Origin: an uncultured Gemmatimonadales bacterium
GTDB lineage: Bacteria; Gemmatimonadota; Gemmatimonadetes; Gemmatimonadales; GWC2-71-9
NCBI GenBank assembly: GCA_963730185.1
Contig: CAVSQW010000002.1
Span: forward strand, 1 to 64,000
Direction: 5' to 3'
Length of the DNA: 64,000 bases
Shown here: positions 19,150 through 27,148 of the stretch, piece after piece
Position numbering within the stretch: position 1 is the stretch's first letter
Layout: each line of letters opens with the position of its first letter
Notes under the pieces: generated by a model
Seen by the model: the letters and a program-made list of their open reading frames with translations, nothing else
Databases searched by the model: none
Told to the model about the DNA's origin: nothing
Program-made: the position numbers and the translations under genes

Positions 19150-19916
19150 GGATCGTGGCCGTGATCCAGGCCCGGATGACGTCCACCCGGCTCCCGGGCA
19201 AGGTGCTCGCGGAGGTGGAGGGCGAGCCGATGCTGGCCCGGGTGGTGACCCGGCTCCGAGCGGCCGAGCGGGTCTCGGACGTGTGGGTCGCGTGCACCGA
19301 CCGGGTCGAGGACGATCCGGTGGCGGGCCTGGCCCGGCGGCTCGATGCCGGCCTGTTCCGCGGGTCCGAGCGCGACGTCCTGGGACGCTACGTGGCCACC
19401 GCCCGGGAGGCCCGGGCCGACGTCGTGATCCGGGTCACGGCCGACTGCCCGTTGATCGATCCGCGGGTGGTGGACCGGGTGGTCGGGGTGCTGCTCGACG
19501 GGCGCTCGAGCCTCGACTACGCGGCCAACGTGCTGCGCCGGACCTATCCGCGGGGACTCGACATCGAGGCGCTCTATGCCGATGCGCTACTCCGGGCGGA
19601 GCGGTTCGGGATCACGCCGGAGGCCCGCGAGCACGTGACGCTCGCGATCCGGACCGACCCGGAGGGCCGGTTCGCCACGGGCAACGTCGAGGCCGAGGCC
19701 GACGACAGCGACCTCCGCTGGACGGTCGATACGGCCGCCGACCTGCACCATGTCCGACAACTCTATCGCGAGGTCGGCCTGGCCGATCCCGCCCTGGACT
19801 ATCGCCGGGTGGTGGCCTGGTGCCGGAGCCATCCGGCCCTGGCCCGCCGGGATGATGATCCGTTGACCTGGGACCCGGCCCGACGCCGGGATTCCCCTCT
19901 CCACGCACAGGGGTAG
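19146..19916 (+). CDS. SpsF/PseF-type cytidylyltransferase (copy 2)
   Basis: QARMTSTRLPGKVL, RGSERDVL, RVTADCPLIDP, REHVT, RWTVDT. Confidence 0.85.
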   Translation: MRIVAVIQARMTSTRLPGKVLAEVEGEPMLARVVTRLRAAERVSDVWVACTDRVEDDPVAGLARRLDAGLFRGSERDVLGRYVATAREARADVVIRVTADCPLIDPRVVDRVVGVLLDGRSSLDYAANVLRRTYPRGLDIEALYADALLRAERFGITPEAREHVTLAIRTDPEGRFATGNVEAEADDSDLRWTVDTAADLHHVRQLYREVGLADPALDYRRVVAWCRSHPALARRDDDPLTWDPARRRDSPLHAQG

Positions 19917-19920
19917 CCTC

Positions 19921-21837
19921 ATGCCGGGAACACCAGACTCCGCGCTCGAATCGGGCGGGCTCCTCATCGCCGAGCGTCTCGAACACGAAGGGCGCCTGGT
20001 CGATGCGGCCAAGGCCTATCAATCGGTGCTCGAGGTGGCCCCCGACCATCCCGAGGCGCTCTTCCGGTTGGGCCGGACCATGGGTCGCCTCGGTCAGCGC
20101 GACCTGGAGGTCGCCTTTCTCGGCCAGGCCATCGCCCGCTCGCCCGGGCAAGCCGGGTATCACCAGGCCCTCGGCGACGTGCTGATCGGGTCCGGGCTCG
20201 CCGCCGACGCGGCCGAGTGCTACCGGGAGGCCGGCCGGCTCGCGCCGGAGGCTCCGGAGCCCCGACTTGGCCTGGCCGACGCCTATCTCGATCTCGGCCG
20301 CGGCACCGAGGCACGCGGAATCCTCGATGCGGTCGCCGACCAGGGCGCGCGAGCCCAGCGGGCTCGTGCCCGGCTGCTGCTCGGTGAGCGGCGGTTCGAG
20401 GAGGCGACCACGGCTTTCGTGGCCTACCTCCGCGAGAATCCCGACGATCCGGCCGCGTTCTTCTACTTGGGGGTGGCCCTCCAAGGGCGGCAGATGCTGG
20501 AGGCCGCGGCCGCCAGCTACGCCCAGGCCTTGGTTGGCGATGCCACGCTGTTCGAGGCTCACGCCAATCTGAGCACCGTGCTGGCGGCCATGGGGCAGGC
20601 GGCCGACGCCTTGCACTACGCCGACGAGGCGATCGCCCTGGTGCCGGAGCGGGCCGGACTCTACCTGAACCGGGCCAACGTCAAGCGCGACCTGGGCGAG
20701 CATGCGGCCGCCATCGAGGATTATCGGGCCGCGCTGGCGAAGGATCCCGAGTTTGCCGAAGCGTGGTCGAGCCTCGGAAACCTCTATCACGATCTGGGGC
20801 GGTGGTCCGACGCGCTCGATGCTCACCAGCGGGCGGTAGCCGCCGGGCCCGCCCTGGCGCAGGCGCACTGGAACCGGTCCTTCACTTTGCTCGCGAACGG
20901 GGACCTCGCCACGGGCTGGGACGAGTACGAGTACCGGTTCGAGACCGAGGCGGCGGCCCCCGAGCCCCGCGACTTCCCCTGGCCGCGATGGCGGGGTGAT
21001 CCGCTCGCCGGCAAGTCGATCCTGGTGTGGCGAGAGCAAGGCCTCGGCGACGAGATCCTGTTCGCGAGCTGCGTGCCCGACCTGATCGAGGCGGGGGCGG
21101 CGATCACCTTCCTCGCGACCGACCGGTTGGTCGAGCTCGTTGGCCGGGGATTGCCGGGGGTCGACGTCAGGCCGGACGGCCCCGAGGCCCTCGCTCCGGA
21201 CGCCCGGTTCGACTACCAGGTCCCGGTCGCCAGTCTCCCCCGCTGGCTCCGCCGGAGCCGGGCGGCGTTCGGCGCCGGGCGGAGCCCGATCGCGCCCGAC
21301 CCGGCCCGAGTGGCCGCCTGGCGCGAGCGGTTGGCCGCCCTTGGCCCCGAGCCCAAGGTCGGGATCTGTTGGCGAAGCGGCCTGCTGACCCCCGATCGCA
21401 CCCAGCACTACGCCGAGCTGGCGGCCTGGTCGCCCCTGCTGGTGACGCCCGGCGTCACCTGGGTGAACCTGCAATACGACGAGTGCGAGGCGGAGCTGGT
21501 GGAGGCGGAGGCGCGGTGGGGCGTAACCATCCACCGATGGCCGGAATTCGATCTCCGAGGCGATCTGGAGACGACCGCAGCGCTGATCAGCGAGTTGGAC
21601 GCGGTGGTAACCGCCCCGACCGTGGTGAGCTCCTTCTCGGGAGCGCTCGGGATCCTGACCTGGCAGATCGACAACGGGTCGGACTGGACCGCCCTCGGCG
21701 AGGCTCGGTCGCCCTGGTTCCCGAGCGTGGGGCTGATTCGGCGGGCGCCGGGGACGCTGGGGTGGGAGCCGGCGACCCAGCGGGCAGCGGCGGAATTGGA
21801 CACCTGGCGCCGGATGCGTCCGGCGGCTGGGCGCTAA
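19921..21837 (+). CDS. flmG: FlmG-type TPR + GT-B glycosyltransferase (paralog 3, longest TPR array)
   Basis: TPRs, WREQGLGDE, GICWRSG, WVNLQYDEC, SPWFPS; directly upstream of flagellin. Confidence 0.78.
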   Translation: MPGTPDSALESGGLLIAERLEHEGRLVDAAKAYQSVLEVAPDHPEALFRLGRTMGRLGQRDLEVAFLGQAIARSPGQAGYHQALGDVLIGSGLAADAAECYREAGRLAPEAPEPRLGLADAYLDLGRGTEARGILDAVADQGARAQRARARLLLGERRFEEATTAFVAYLRENPDDPAAFFYLGVALQGRQMLEAAAASYAQALVGDATLFEAHANLSTVLAAMGQAADALHYADEAIALVPERAGLYLNRANVKRDLGEHAAAIEDYRAALAKDPEFAEAWSSLGNLYHDLGRWSDALDAHQRAVAAGPALAQAHWNRSFTLLANGDLATGWDEYEYRFETEAAAPEPRDFPWPRWRGDPLAGKSILVWREQGLGDEILFASCVPDLIEAGAAITFLATDRLVELVGRGLPGVDVRPDGPEALAPDARFDYQVPVASLPRWLRRSRAAFGAGRSPIAPDPARVAAWRERLAALGPEPKVGICWRSGLLTPDRTQHYAELAAWSPLLVTPGVTWVNLQYDECEAELVEAEARWGVTIHRWPEFDLRGDLETTAALISELDAVVTAPTVVSSFSGALGILTWQIDNGSDWTALGEARSPWFPSVGLIRRAPGTLGWEPATQRAAAELDTWRRMRPAAGR

Positions 21838-21862
21838 AGCTGGAGCGGGGGGATGCCGAAAC
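21835..21862 (+). promoter_or_regulatory. Sigma28-like promoter of flagellin, TAAA-N16-GCCGAAAC
   Basis: Matches the FliA/SigD consensus; same spacing as three other sites in the window. Confidence 0.7.
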
Positions 21863-21978
21863 CTAGGGAGACGGCTGAAGAGGGCGGTGCACCCGGAATG
21901 CACCGAACCCCCTGAACGCCACCGGACGGTCGGGAAGAAGCCCGACCCGGACACCCTAGAACAAGGAGCGGTACCCAC

Positions 21979-22794
21979 ATGGCTGACAGCATTGCTCTCA
22001 CCTCCGGCATTCGGAACAACCTGCTGAGCCTCCAGAACACGGCGGGGCTCATCTCCACCACGCAGCAGCGCCTGGCCTCCGGCCTCAAGGTCAACAGCCC
22101 GATCGACGACGCCAGCGCCTTCTTCACCGCCAGCGCCGCTCGTGGCCGGGCCAGCGATCTGGCCGGGCGGAAGAACGAGATCGGCGAGGCCATTCAGACC
22201 ATTAAGGCCGCCTCCGACGGCGTCGACTCGATCTCGCAGCTGATCGACGCGGCGAAGGGTGTCGCGGAGTCGGCGCGATCGGCCACGACGGCCGGCCGCT
22301 CGACCCTGGCCGCGCAGTTCAACGACATCCTGACCCAGATCGACTACACCGGGGCCGACGCGAAGTACAAGGGTACCAACCTGCTCGCCAGCGGCTCGCT
22401 CACGGTCAAGACCAACGAGGACGGCACCTCGAAGATCTCGCTCAACGGCTTCGACGCGACCTCGACGGTCGGTCTGTCGGTGTCGGCCATCGCGGTCAGC
22501 ACCTGGACGGTGGACTCGGCTATCGACGCCGCGGTCAGCCAGCTCACCGCCGCGCAGGCGACCCTCCGGACCCAGGCCTCCACGCTGGGCGCCGTGTCGA
22601 GCACCCTGACCATTCGGGACTCGTTCCTCGACAACCTGAAGAACGTCCTCCAGGAAGGCGCGGACAAGCTCACGGTCGCCGACCAGAACGCGGAAGGCGC
22701 CAACCTGCTTTCGCTGCAGACCCGTCAGCAGCTCGGCGTCATCTCGCTGAGCCTCGCGAACCAGTCGCAGCAGGCAATCCTCCGGCTCTTCTAG
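21979..22794 (+). CDS. fliC: Flagellin, short alphaproteobacterial type (271 aa)
   Basis: IRNNLLSLQNT..TQQRLASGLKVNSPIDD..FFTA; ADQNAEGANLLSLQTRQQLG..LSLANQSQQAILRLF; AAGGAG RBS. Confidence 0.95.
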   Translation: MADSIALTSGIRNNLLSLQNTAGLISTTQQRLASGLKVNSPIDDASAFFTASAARGRASDLAGRKNEIGEAIQTIKAASDGVDSISQLIDAAKGVAESARSATTAGRSTLAAQFNDILTQIDYTGADAKYKGTNLLASGSLTVKTNEDGTSKISLNGFDATSTVGLSVSAIAVSTWTVDSAIDAAVSQLTAAQATLRTQASTLGAVSSTLTIRDSFLDNLKNVLQEGADKLTVADQNAEGANLLSLQTRQQLGVISLSLANQSQQAILRLF

Positions 22795-22812
22795 GCGGAC
22801 TCGGGGATAGCC

Positions 22813-22837
22813 AGGGGGAGGGATTAGCCCTCCCCCT
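22813..22837 (+). terminator. 10-bp GC hairpin after flagellin (no U-tract; terminator or mRNA stabiliser)
   Basis: AGGGGGAGGG-attag-CCCTCCCCCT. Confidence 0.55.
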
Positions 22838-22866
22838 CATTCCCTCGGGATGGCAGGAATGAGAGT

Positions 22867-23502
22867 ATGACACCAATCACTGACGGTTTAGGAATAGCGC
22901 CGCCCCAGACCGCTCCTCGAGAGCGGCTGGGCGTTGCGCTTTTCGGTGCCACCCCACGGGGGCGGTCCGGGGGGAACCCCGGGCCGGTCTCCGGCGCGGG
23001 TGCAGTCGGCCGGTTCGGTGACCTGGGACGGCTGTTCGAGTCCCGTGGCCATCAGTGGGCGGAAGCGGTGAAGCTGCGGCAGCAGGACGGGAAGCTCAGC
23101 CAGCTCGCCCGGCAGATCGACTCCGTGACCACGAACCTGGTCCCGGTCAAGCTCTACCCGCCTTATCCGCCGGACGAGTCGCGGCGAGCGCAGGCGATCC
23201 GGGATTTCAATGGTGTGGCGGCCGAGGTCGCGAAGGTGGTCGGTCCCGAGATCGGGGCCGGACTGGCGCCCCTGCCCAACCAGGCAACCACCGGCGAGGC
23301 GGAGCGGGCGATCACCGGCCTCTCCCAGGCCGGCCAGGCGGTGGCGGCGGCCCGGCAGGACATCGCGGCGGCGGCCTCGAGCGGAACCGTGCCCGAGTCG
23401 GCGCTGGCCAAGCTGAGCGCCCAGGTGGGCGGGGCCCTGGCCCGGACTGGCGGCGCGACCCTGTCCCGGGGCTTCGAGCTTCGGATTCAGGAGGTCCTCT
23501 GA
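22867..23502 (+). CDS. Hypothetical protein with VKLYPPYPP motif, coupled to flbT
   Basis: 211-aa ORF whose stop overlaps the flbT ATG; helical pattern. Confidence 0.7.
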   Translation: MTPITDGLGIAPPQTAPRERLGVALFGATPRGRSGGNPGPVSGAGAVGRFGDLGRLFESRGHQWAEAVKLRQQDGKLSQLARQIDSVTTNLVPVKLYPPYPPDESRRAQAIRDFNGVAAEVAKVVGPEIGAGLAPLPNQATTGEAERAITGLSQAGQAVAAARQDIAAAASSGTVPESALAKLSAQVGGALARTGGATLSRGFELRIQEVL

Positions 23503-23903
23503 TGCCGCTTCGGATCGCGCTCAAGCCCGAGGAACGACTCATCGTGGGCGGCGCCGTCGTCCGGAACGCCGGCCGGCGGGGCTTGCAGCTCATGGTCGAG
23601 AACGACGTGCCGATACTGCGGGGCAAGGAAGTCATGGGGCTCGCCGATGCGACCTCTCCGTGCCGACGGATCTACTTCGCGATCCAGCTGATGTACGTCG
23701 ACCCGGAGGACCTCGCGAATCACGGGGCCCTCTTCGCCGAGTTGATGGCCGAAGTGGCGGAGGCGTCACCCAGCATGCGGGGCCGACTGGACGAGATCAC
23801 CGACCTGATCACCGCCGGAAAGTACTACCAGGCGCTCAGGCTCACCCGCCAACTCATCGAGTACGAAGAGGAATTGATCAGCCATGTCGCGAGTCGCCGC
23901 TGA
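23502..23903 (+). CDS. flbT: Flagellin regulator FlbT
   Basis: LRIALKPEERLIVGGAVVRN, PILRGKEVM, SPCRRIYFAIQLMY, YYQAL. Confidence 0.9.
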   Translation: MPLRIALKPEERLIVGGAVVRNAGRRGLQLMVENDVPILRGKEVMGLADATSPCRRIYFAIQLMYVDPEDLANHGALFAELMAEVAEASPSMRGRLDEITDLITAGKYYQALRLTRQLIEYEEELISHVASRR

Positions 23904-24273
23904 CGCTTACACGGATGTCGAGAAGATCACCGCCAGTGGCCGGCAGCTCGAGGCCTCGGCACTCTTCCGCGCCGCGCGGGCCCTCCAGGTAGCTCAGGAA
24001 TCATGGGGACAAGAGGGCACGGAGCAGCGGCTCGAGCAGGCCCTCCAGCTCAATCAGCGGCTCTGGACTTTCTTCCAGGCCGAGCTCAGTGCCGACGACA
24101 ACCCCCTCCCGCTGGAGCTCAAAGCGAATCTCCTGAGCCTGGTCGAGTACATCGACAAGCGGACCTTCGAAGTGATGGCCGCGCCCGCGGCGGAGAAGCT
24201 CAACGTGCTGGTCGCGATCAACCGGAACGTCGCCGCGGGTCTGGCGTCGCAGCCGAGCGGCGTGGCGGCCTGA
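23884..24273 (+). CDS. flaF: Flagellin regulator/chaperone FlaF
   Basis: RQLEASAL, NQRLWT, DNPLPLELKANLLSL, INRNVAAGL. Confidence 0.9.
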   Translation: MSRVAADAYTDVEKITASGRQLEASALFRAARALQVAQESWGQEGTEQRLEQALQLNQRLWTFFQAELSADDNPLPLELKANLLSLVEYIDKRTFEVMAAPAAEKLNVLVAINRNVAAGLASQPSGVAA

Positions 24274-24507
24274 GGGTGGGGGTGGGAGGGACGAGGAGGG
24301 ATGGGGAGGGACGGGGAGGGATGGGGCGAGACGGGGGGAGAGAAAGGGGGCGCCGATCCGCGATCGGCGCCCCCGCCTCGTTTGGCCCCGCGGTGTCTCA
24401 CCCCGTCCCACCCCGTCCCACCCCCGTCCCTCCCCGTCCCACCCCGATCCCCCATCCCCTCCCGTCTCACCCCATCCCTCCTCCCGCTTCGCCCCATCCC
24501 TCCCTGG
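24274..24507. repeat. Nested inverted repeat: ~6 x 10-nt G-rich units, 13-bp hairpin, ~10 complementary C-rich units
   Basis: A(C/T)GGGGAGGG units at 24281-24340; GGGGGCGCCGATC-cgc-GATCGGCGCCCCC at 24346-24374; CCCC(G/A)TCCC(A/T) units at ~24395-24505. Confidence 0.85.
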
Positions 24508-25413
24508 CTACCCCAAATAGTCCGTCAGGCTCAACCCTAGGAGCCGACTGGTGGCCGAATACGATGCCTGGACCGTCGTCTGCAGCGACAGGAGCCGGGT
24601 GATCGCCTCCTCGGGGGCCACGTCCTGGACGCCGGTCTTGGCGTTCAGGGTATTGGTTCGAACGGTGGCGTTGCTGGCCTGGGTGCTGTTGATCTGGGCG
24701 CTGGTGGTACCGGTCTGAGCCTGGGACAAGAGGAGGCCGTCGGCGGTGGCCGCGACCGCCTGGGCGGCGGTCTGGACCTGGGCCTCAGTCTGGTTGTTGG
24801 CGGGGTCGACCGCGTCGCGGAGCGCTTTCAAGGCCGCGATCGCGGGTCCAACGAACTGATCGCCCGTGTGGTTGGGCGTCACCTGGACCCCGGCCGCGAT
24901 CTCGACCTTCCGGACGATGGTGCTGCCCTGGTAGTCGCCGTAGGTCGCGCCGGCGGTCGGGTCGAAGGGCGGAGTGGTGCTGGCCGCCCCGCCCAGGATG
25001 TACTCGCCGCCGATCTTGGTGTTGCCGAGCGAGATGGCCTCGTCCAACAACCGGCTGAGCTGGTCGGCCGCCACCAGACGTTGCTGGGTCTGGTCGGTGG
25101 TGTAGGGCGGGTCGCCCTTGGCGAAGCTCAGGGCGAAGTTCTGGCCCTGCTTGACGAGGTCGTTCACCTGCTGGGCGACCGCCTCCTCGGCCCCGAGCCG
25201 GACCTGAGCGTTGGTGGCATTCTTGTCGTACTGGTCCAGAGCCCGGATTCCCCGGTCGAACCGCATCACCTGAGCCGCCCCGGCCGGATTCTGCTCCACC
25301 GACGTGAATTTCTTGCCGGTCGCGATCTGGCTTTGCAGGTCGATCAACCGGCTGAGATTACCTTGGAGGTCTCTGAGGGTCTGATCGGTTCGGAAAGAGT
25401 TGGTGACCCGCAC
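24508..25413 (-). CDS. flgL: Hook-filament junction protein FlgL
   Basis: MRVTN..LQSQIATGKK..NP, GEYILGG, C-terminal TTVQASYSATSRLLGLSLTDYL. Confidence 0.88.
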   Translation of the reverse strand: MRVTNSFRTDQTLRDLQGNLSRLIDLQSQIATGKKFTSVEQNPAGAAQVMRFDRGIRALDQYDKNATNAQVRLGAEEAVAQQVNDLVKQGQNFALSFAKGDPPYTTDQTQQRLVAADQLSRLLDEAISLGNTKIGGEYILGGAASTTPPFDPTAGATYGDYQGSTIVRKVEIAAGVQVTPNHTGDQFVGPAIAALKALRDAVDPANNQTEAQVQTAAQAVAATADGLLLSQAQTGTTSAQINSTQASNATVRTNTLNAKTGVQDVAPEEAITRLLSLQTTVQASYSATSRLLGLSLTDYLG

Positions 25414-25459
25414 GGCTAACCTCCCATTCGACAGGACGTTGCGTCCTGGGGTATATTGA

Positions 25460-25487
25460 GTATCGACTGCGGTAGAGCAAACCTTGA
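25460..25487 (-). promoter_or_regulatory. Sigma28-like promoter of flgL, TCAA-N16-GTCGATAC
   Basis: Read on the minus strand. Confidence 0.65.
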
Positions 25488-25505
25488 GCCAATCCTCGAG
25501 CGCTG

Positions 25506-26930
25506 ATGGCGACGATTCTCTGCGTCGATGACGAGCCGTCGGTCGGTGTCGTCATCGAGGCGGCCCTGACCAAACTCGGCCACACCCCCATCCTCGCCTC
25601 CGGGGTCGACGAGGCCATGAAGGCCGTCGGCCGCCAGCAGTTCGACCTGATCATCTCCGATTATCGGATGCCCAACGCGACCGGGCTGGACCTCCTCTCC
25701 CAGTTGGAGAAGGAGAGCTATCAGATCCCGGTCATCATCATGACGGGCTACTCGTCGGTCGAGCACGCCGTCATGTCGCTCCGGAGCGGGGCGATCGACT
25801 ACCTCACCAAGCCGATCAGGGCCGAGACGCTGCGGATCGCGGTGAACCAGGCCCTCGAGGTCATCCGGCTCAAGAAAGAGAACGAGACCTTTCGGCAGGA
25901 GCTGTCGAGCCTCCGGGGCCGGCGGCAGATCCTGGGGGAGAGCGGGGCGCTCCGCCGGGTCCTCGAGGTGGTTTCCACCGTCGCCCCGACCAAGGCCACC
26001 ATCCTCCTTCAGGGCGAATCCGGGACCGGGAAGGAACTGGTCGCCCGCGCCATCCACGAGCAGAGCCCCCGGCGGGACCGGCCGTTCATCACCATCAATT
26101 GCGCGGCGATGCCCGAAGGGTTGGTCGAGAGCGCGCTGTTTGGCCACGAGAAGGGGGCCTTCACCGGCGCGACGGCCCGCACCCAGGGCGCCTTCGAGCG
26201 GGCCAACGGCGGCACCTTGCTGCTGGACGAAGTCTCGGAGATGCGACTCGATCTCCAGGCCAAGCTGCTTCGTGTCATTCAGGAGCAGGAGTTCGAGCGG
26301 GTGGGTGGGCAGCAGCCGATCCGGGTCGACGTCCGTCTCGTGGCGACCACGAATCGGGACCTCAAGGCCGACGCGGAAGCGGGGAAGTTCCGCCAGGACC
26401 TCTACTACCGGCTCAACGTGGTGCCGATCCTGATGCCGCCCCTGCGGGAGCGGCTGGAAGACATCCCGGCGCTGGTCCATCACTTCGTGGGCCGCGCGGC
26501 GCAGCAGCTCGGGGTCGAGGTGAGCGGCGTCGCTCCCGAGGCGATCGCCGCGATGCAGGGCCGGACCTGGCCTGGCAACATCCGCGAGCTGGCCAACGCG
26601 GTGGAACGGGCCGTCATTCTCTCCCGCGGTGGGGTCCTCGGTGCCAGCGCCTTCGTCGACGACAGCCTCCGAATGAGCGCGCCGCCGAGCCTGACGGCGC
26701 CGAGTCCGGCCCATGGCTCCGCGGCGCCGGCGAGGTCCGCCGCGACCGGGGGTGATCCCGAGAACATCATTCCCGACAGCTTCAACCTCGACGAGCTGGA
26801 GCGCATCGCGATCCAACGCGCCTTGGTGGCCACCGGCGGCAACCGGACTCGCGCGGCCAAGCTGCTCGGGATCAGCGAGCGAACTCTGCGCAACAAGCTC
26901 AACTCTCCCAAGGCGGCTTCGCGCCCCTGA
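25506..26930 (+). CDS. Sigma54-dependent response regulator (REC-AAA+-Fis HTH), probable flagellar activator
   Basis: ILCVDDE..SDYRMP, GESGTGKE, ESALFGHEKGAFTGA, WPGNIREL, GNRTRAAKLLGISERTL. Confidence 0.92.
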   Translation: MATILCVDDEPSVGVVIEAALTKLGHTPILASGVDEAMKAVGRQQFDLIISDYRMPNATGLDLLSQLEKESYQIPVIIMTGYSSVEHAVMSLRSGAIDYLTKPIRAETLRIAVNQALEVIRLKKENETFRQELSSLRGRRQILGESGALRRVLEVVSTVAPTKATILLQGESGTGKELVARAIHEQSPRRDRPFITINCAAMPEGLVESALFGHEKGAFTGATARTQGAFERANGGTLLLDEVSEMRLDLQAKLLRVIQEQEFERVGGQQPIRVDVRLVATTNRDLKADAEAGKFRQDLYYRLNVVPILMPPLRERLEDIPALVHHFVGRAAQQLGVEVSGVAPEAIAAMQGRTWPGNIRELANAVERAVILSRGGVLGASAFVDDSLRMSAPPSLTAPSPAHGSAAPARSAATGGDPENIIPDSFNLDELERIAIQRALVATGGNRTRAAKLLGISERTLRNKLNSPKAASRP

Positions 26931-26942
26931 GGTTCCGACCGG

Positions 26943-26957
26943 CGGCAAGGTCTGCCG
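26943..26957. promoter_or_regulatory. ftr-like enhancer palindrome CGGCA-N5-TGCCG
   Basis: About 135 nt upstream of the sigma54 promoter; related sites at 37603, 37637, 37668, 59279. Confidence 0.6.
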
Positions 26958-27090
26958 GTCGAACTTTCCCGTGACCGCCGGGCCTCTCGCAGGCGAGGCT
27001 TCGCCTCGCTTCGAGCCGACGCATTGTAACCCCCTGTAACCAAACGAGTTGAAACCGTCCTCCCCGGGATGCGGCTCGCCGCACGTCCGG

Positions 27091-27105
27091 GGGTATGCCG
27101 CTTGC
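27091..27105 (+). promoter_or_regulatory. Sigma54 promoter of flgB operon (GGGTATGCCGCTTGC)
   Basis: GG-N10-GC spacing with TTGC. Confidence 0.65.
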
Positions 27106-27148
27106 GCCTGCCCCGATCGCGTCAAGCCACTGTCGAGGGAAGCGGCAA

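Noticed and set aside
5174..21837. Repeated DNA segments as diversity-generating retroelement template/variable repeats
   Set aside because: They are paralogous coding motifs, the differences are not adenine-specific, and no reverse transcriptase is present.
24274..24507. Possible CRISPR array, or coding Pro/Gly-rich ORFs
   Set aside because: 10-nt degenerate tandem units without unique spacers and no cas genes; the ORFs are translations of the low-complexity repeat.
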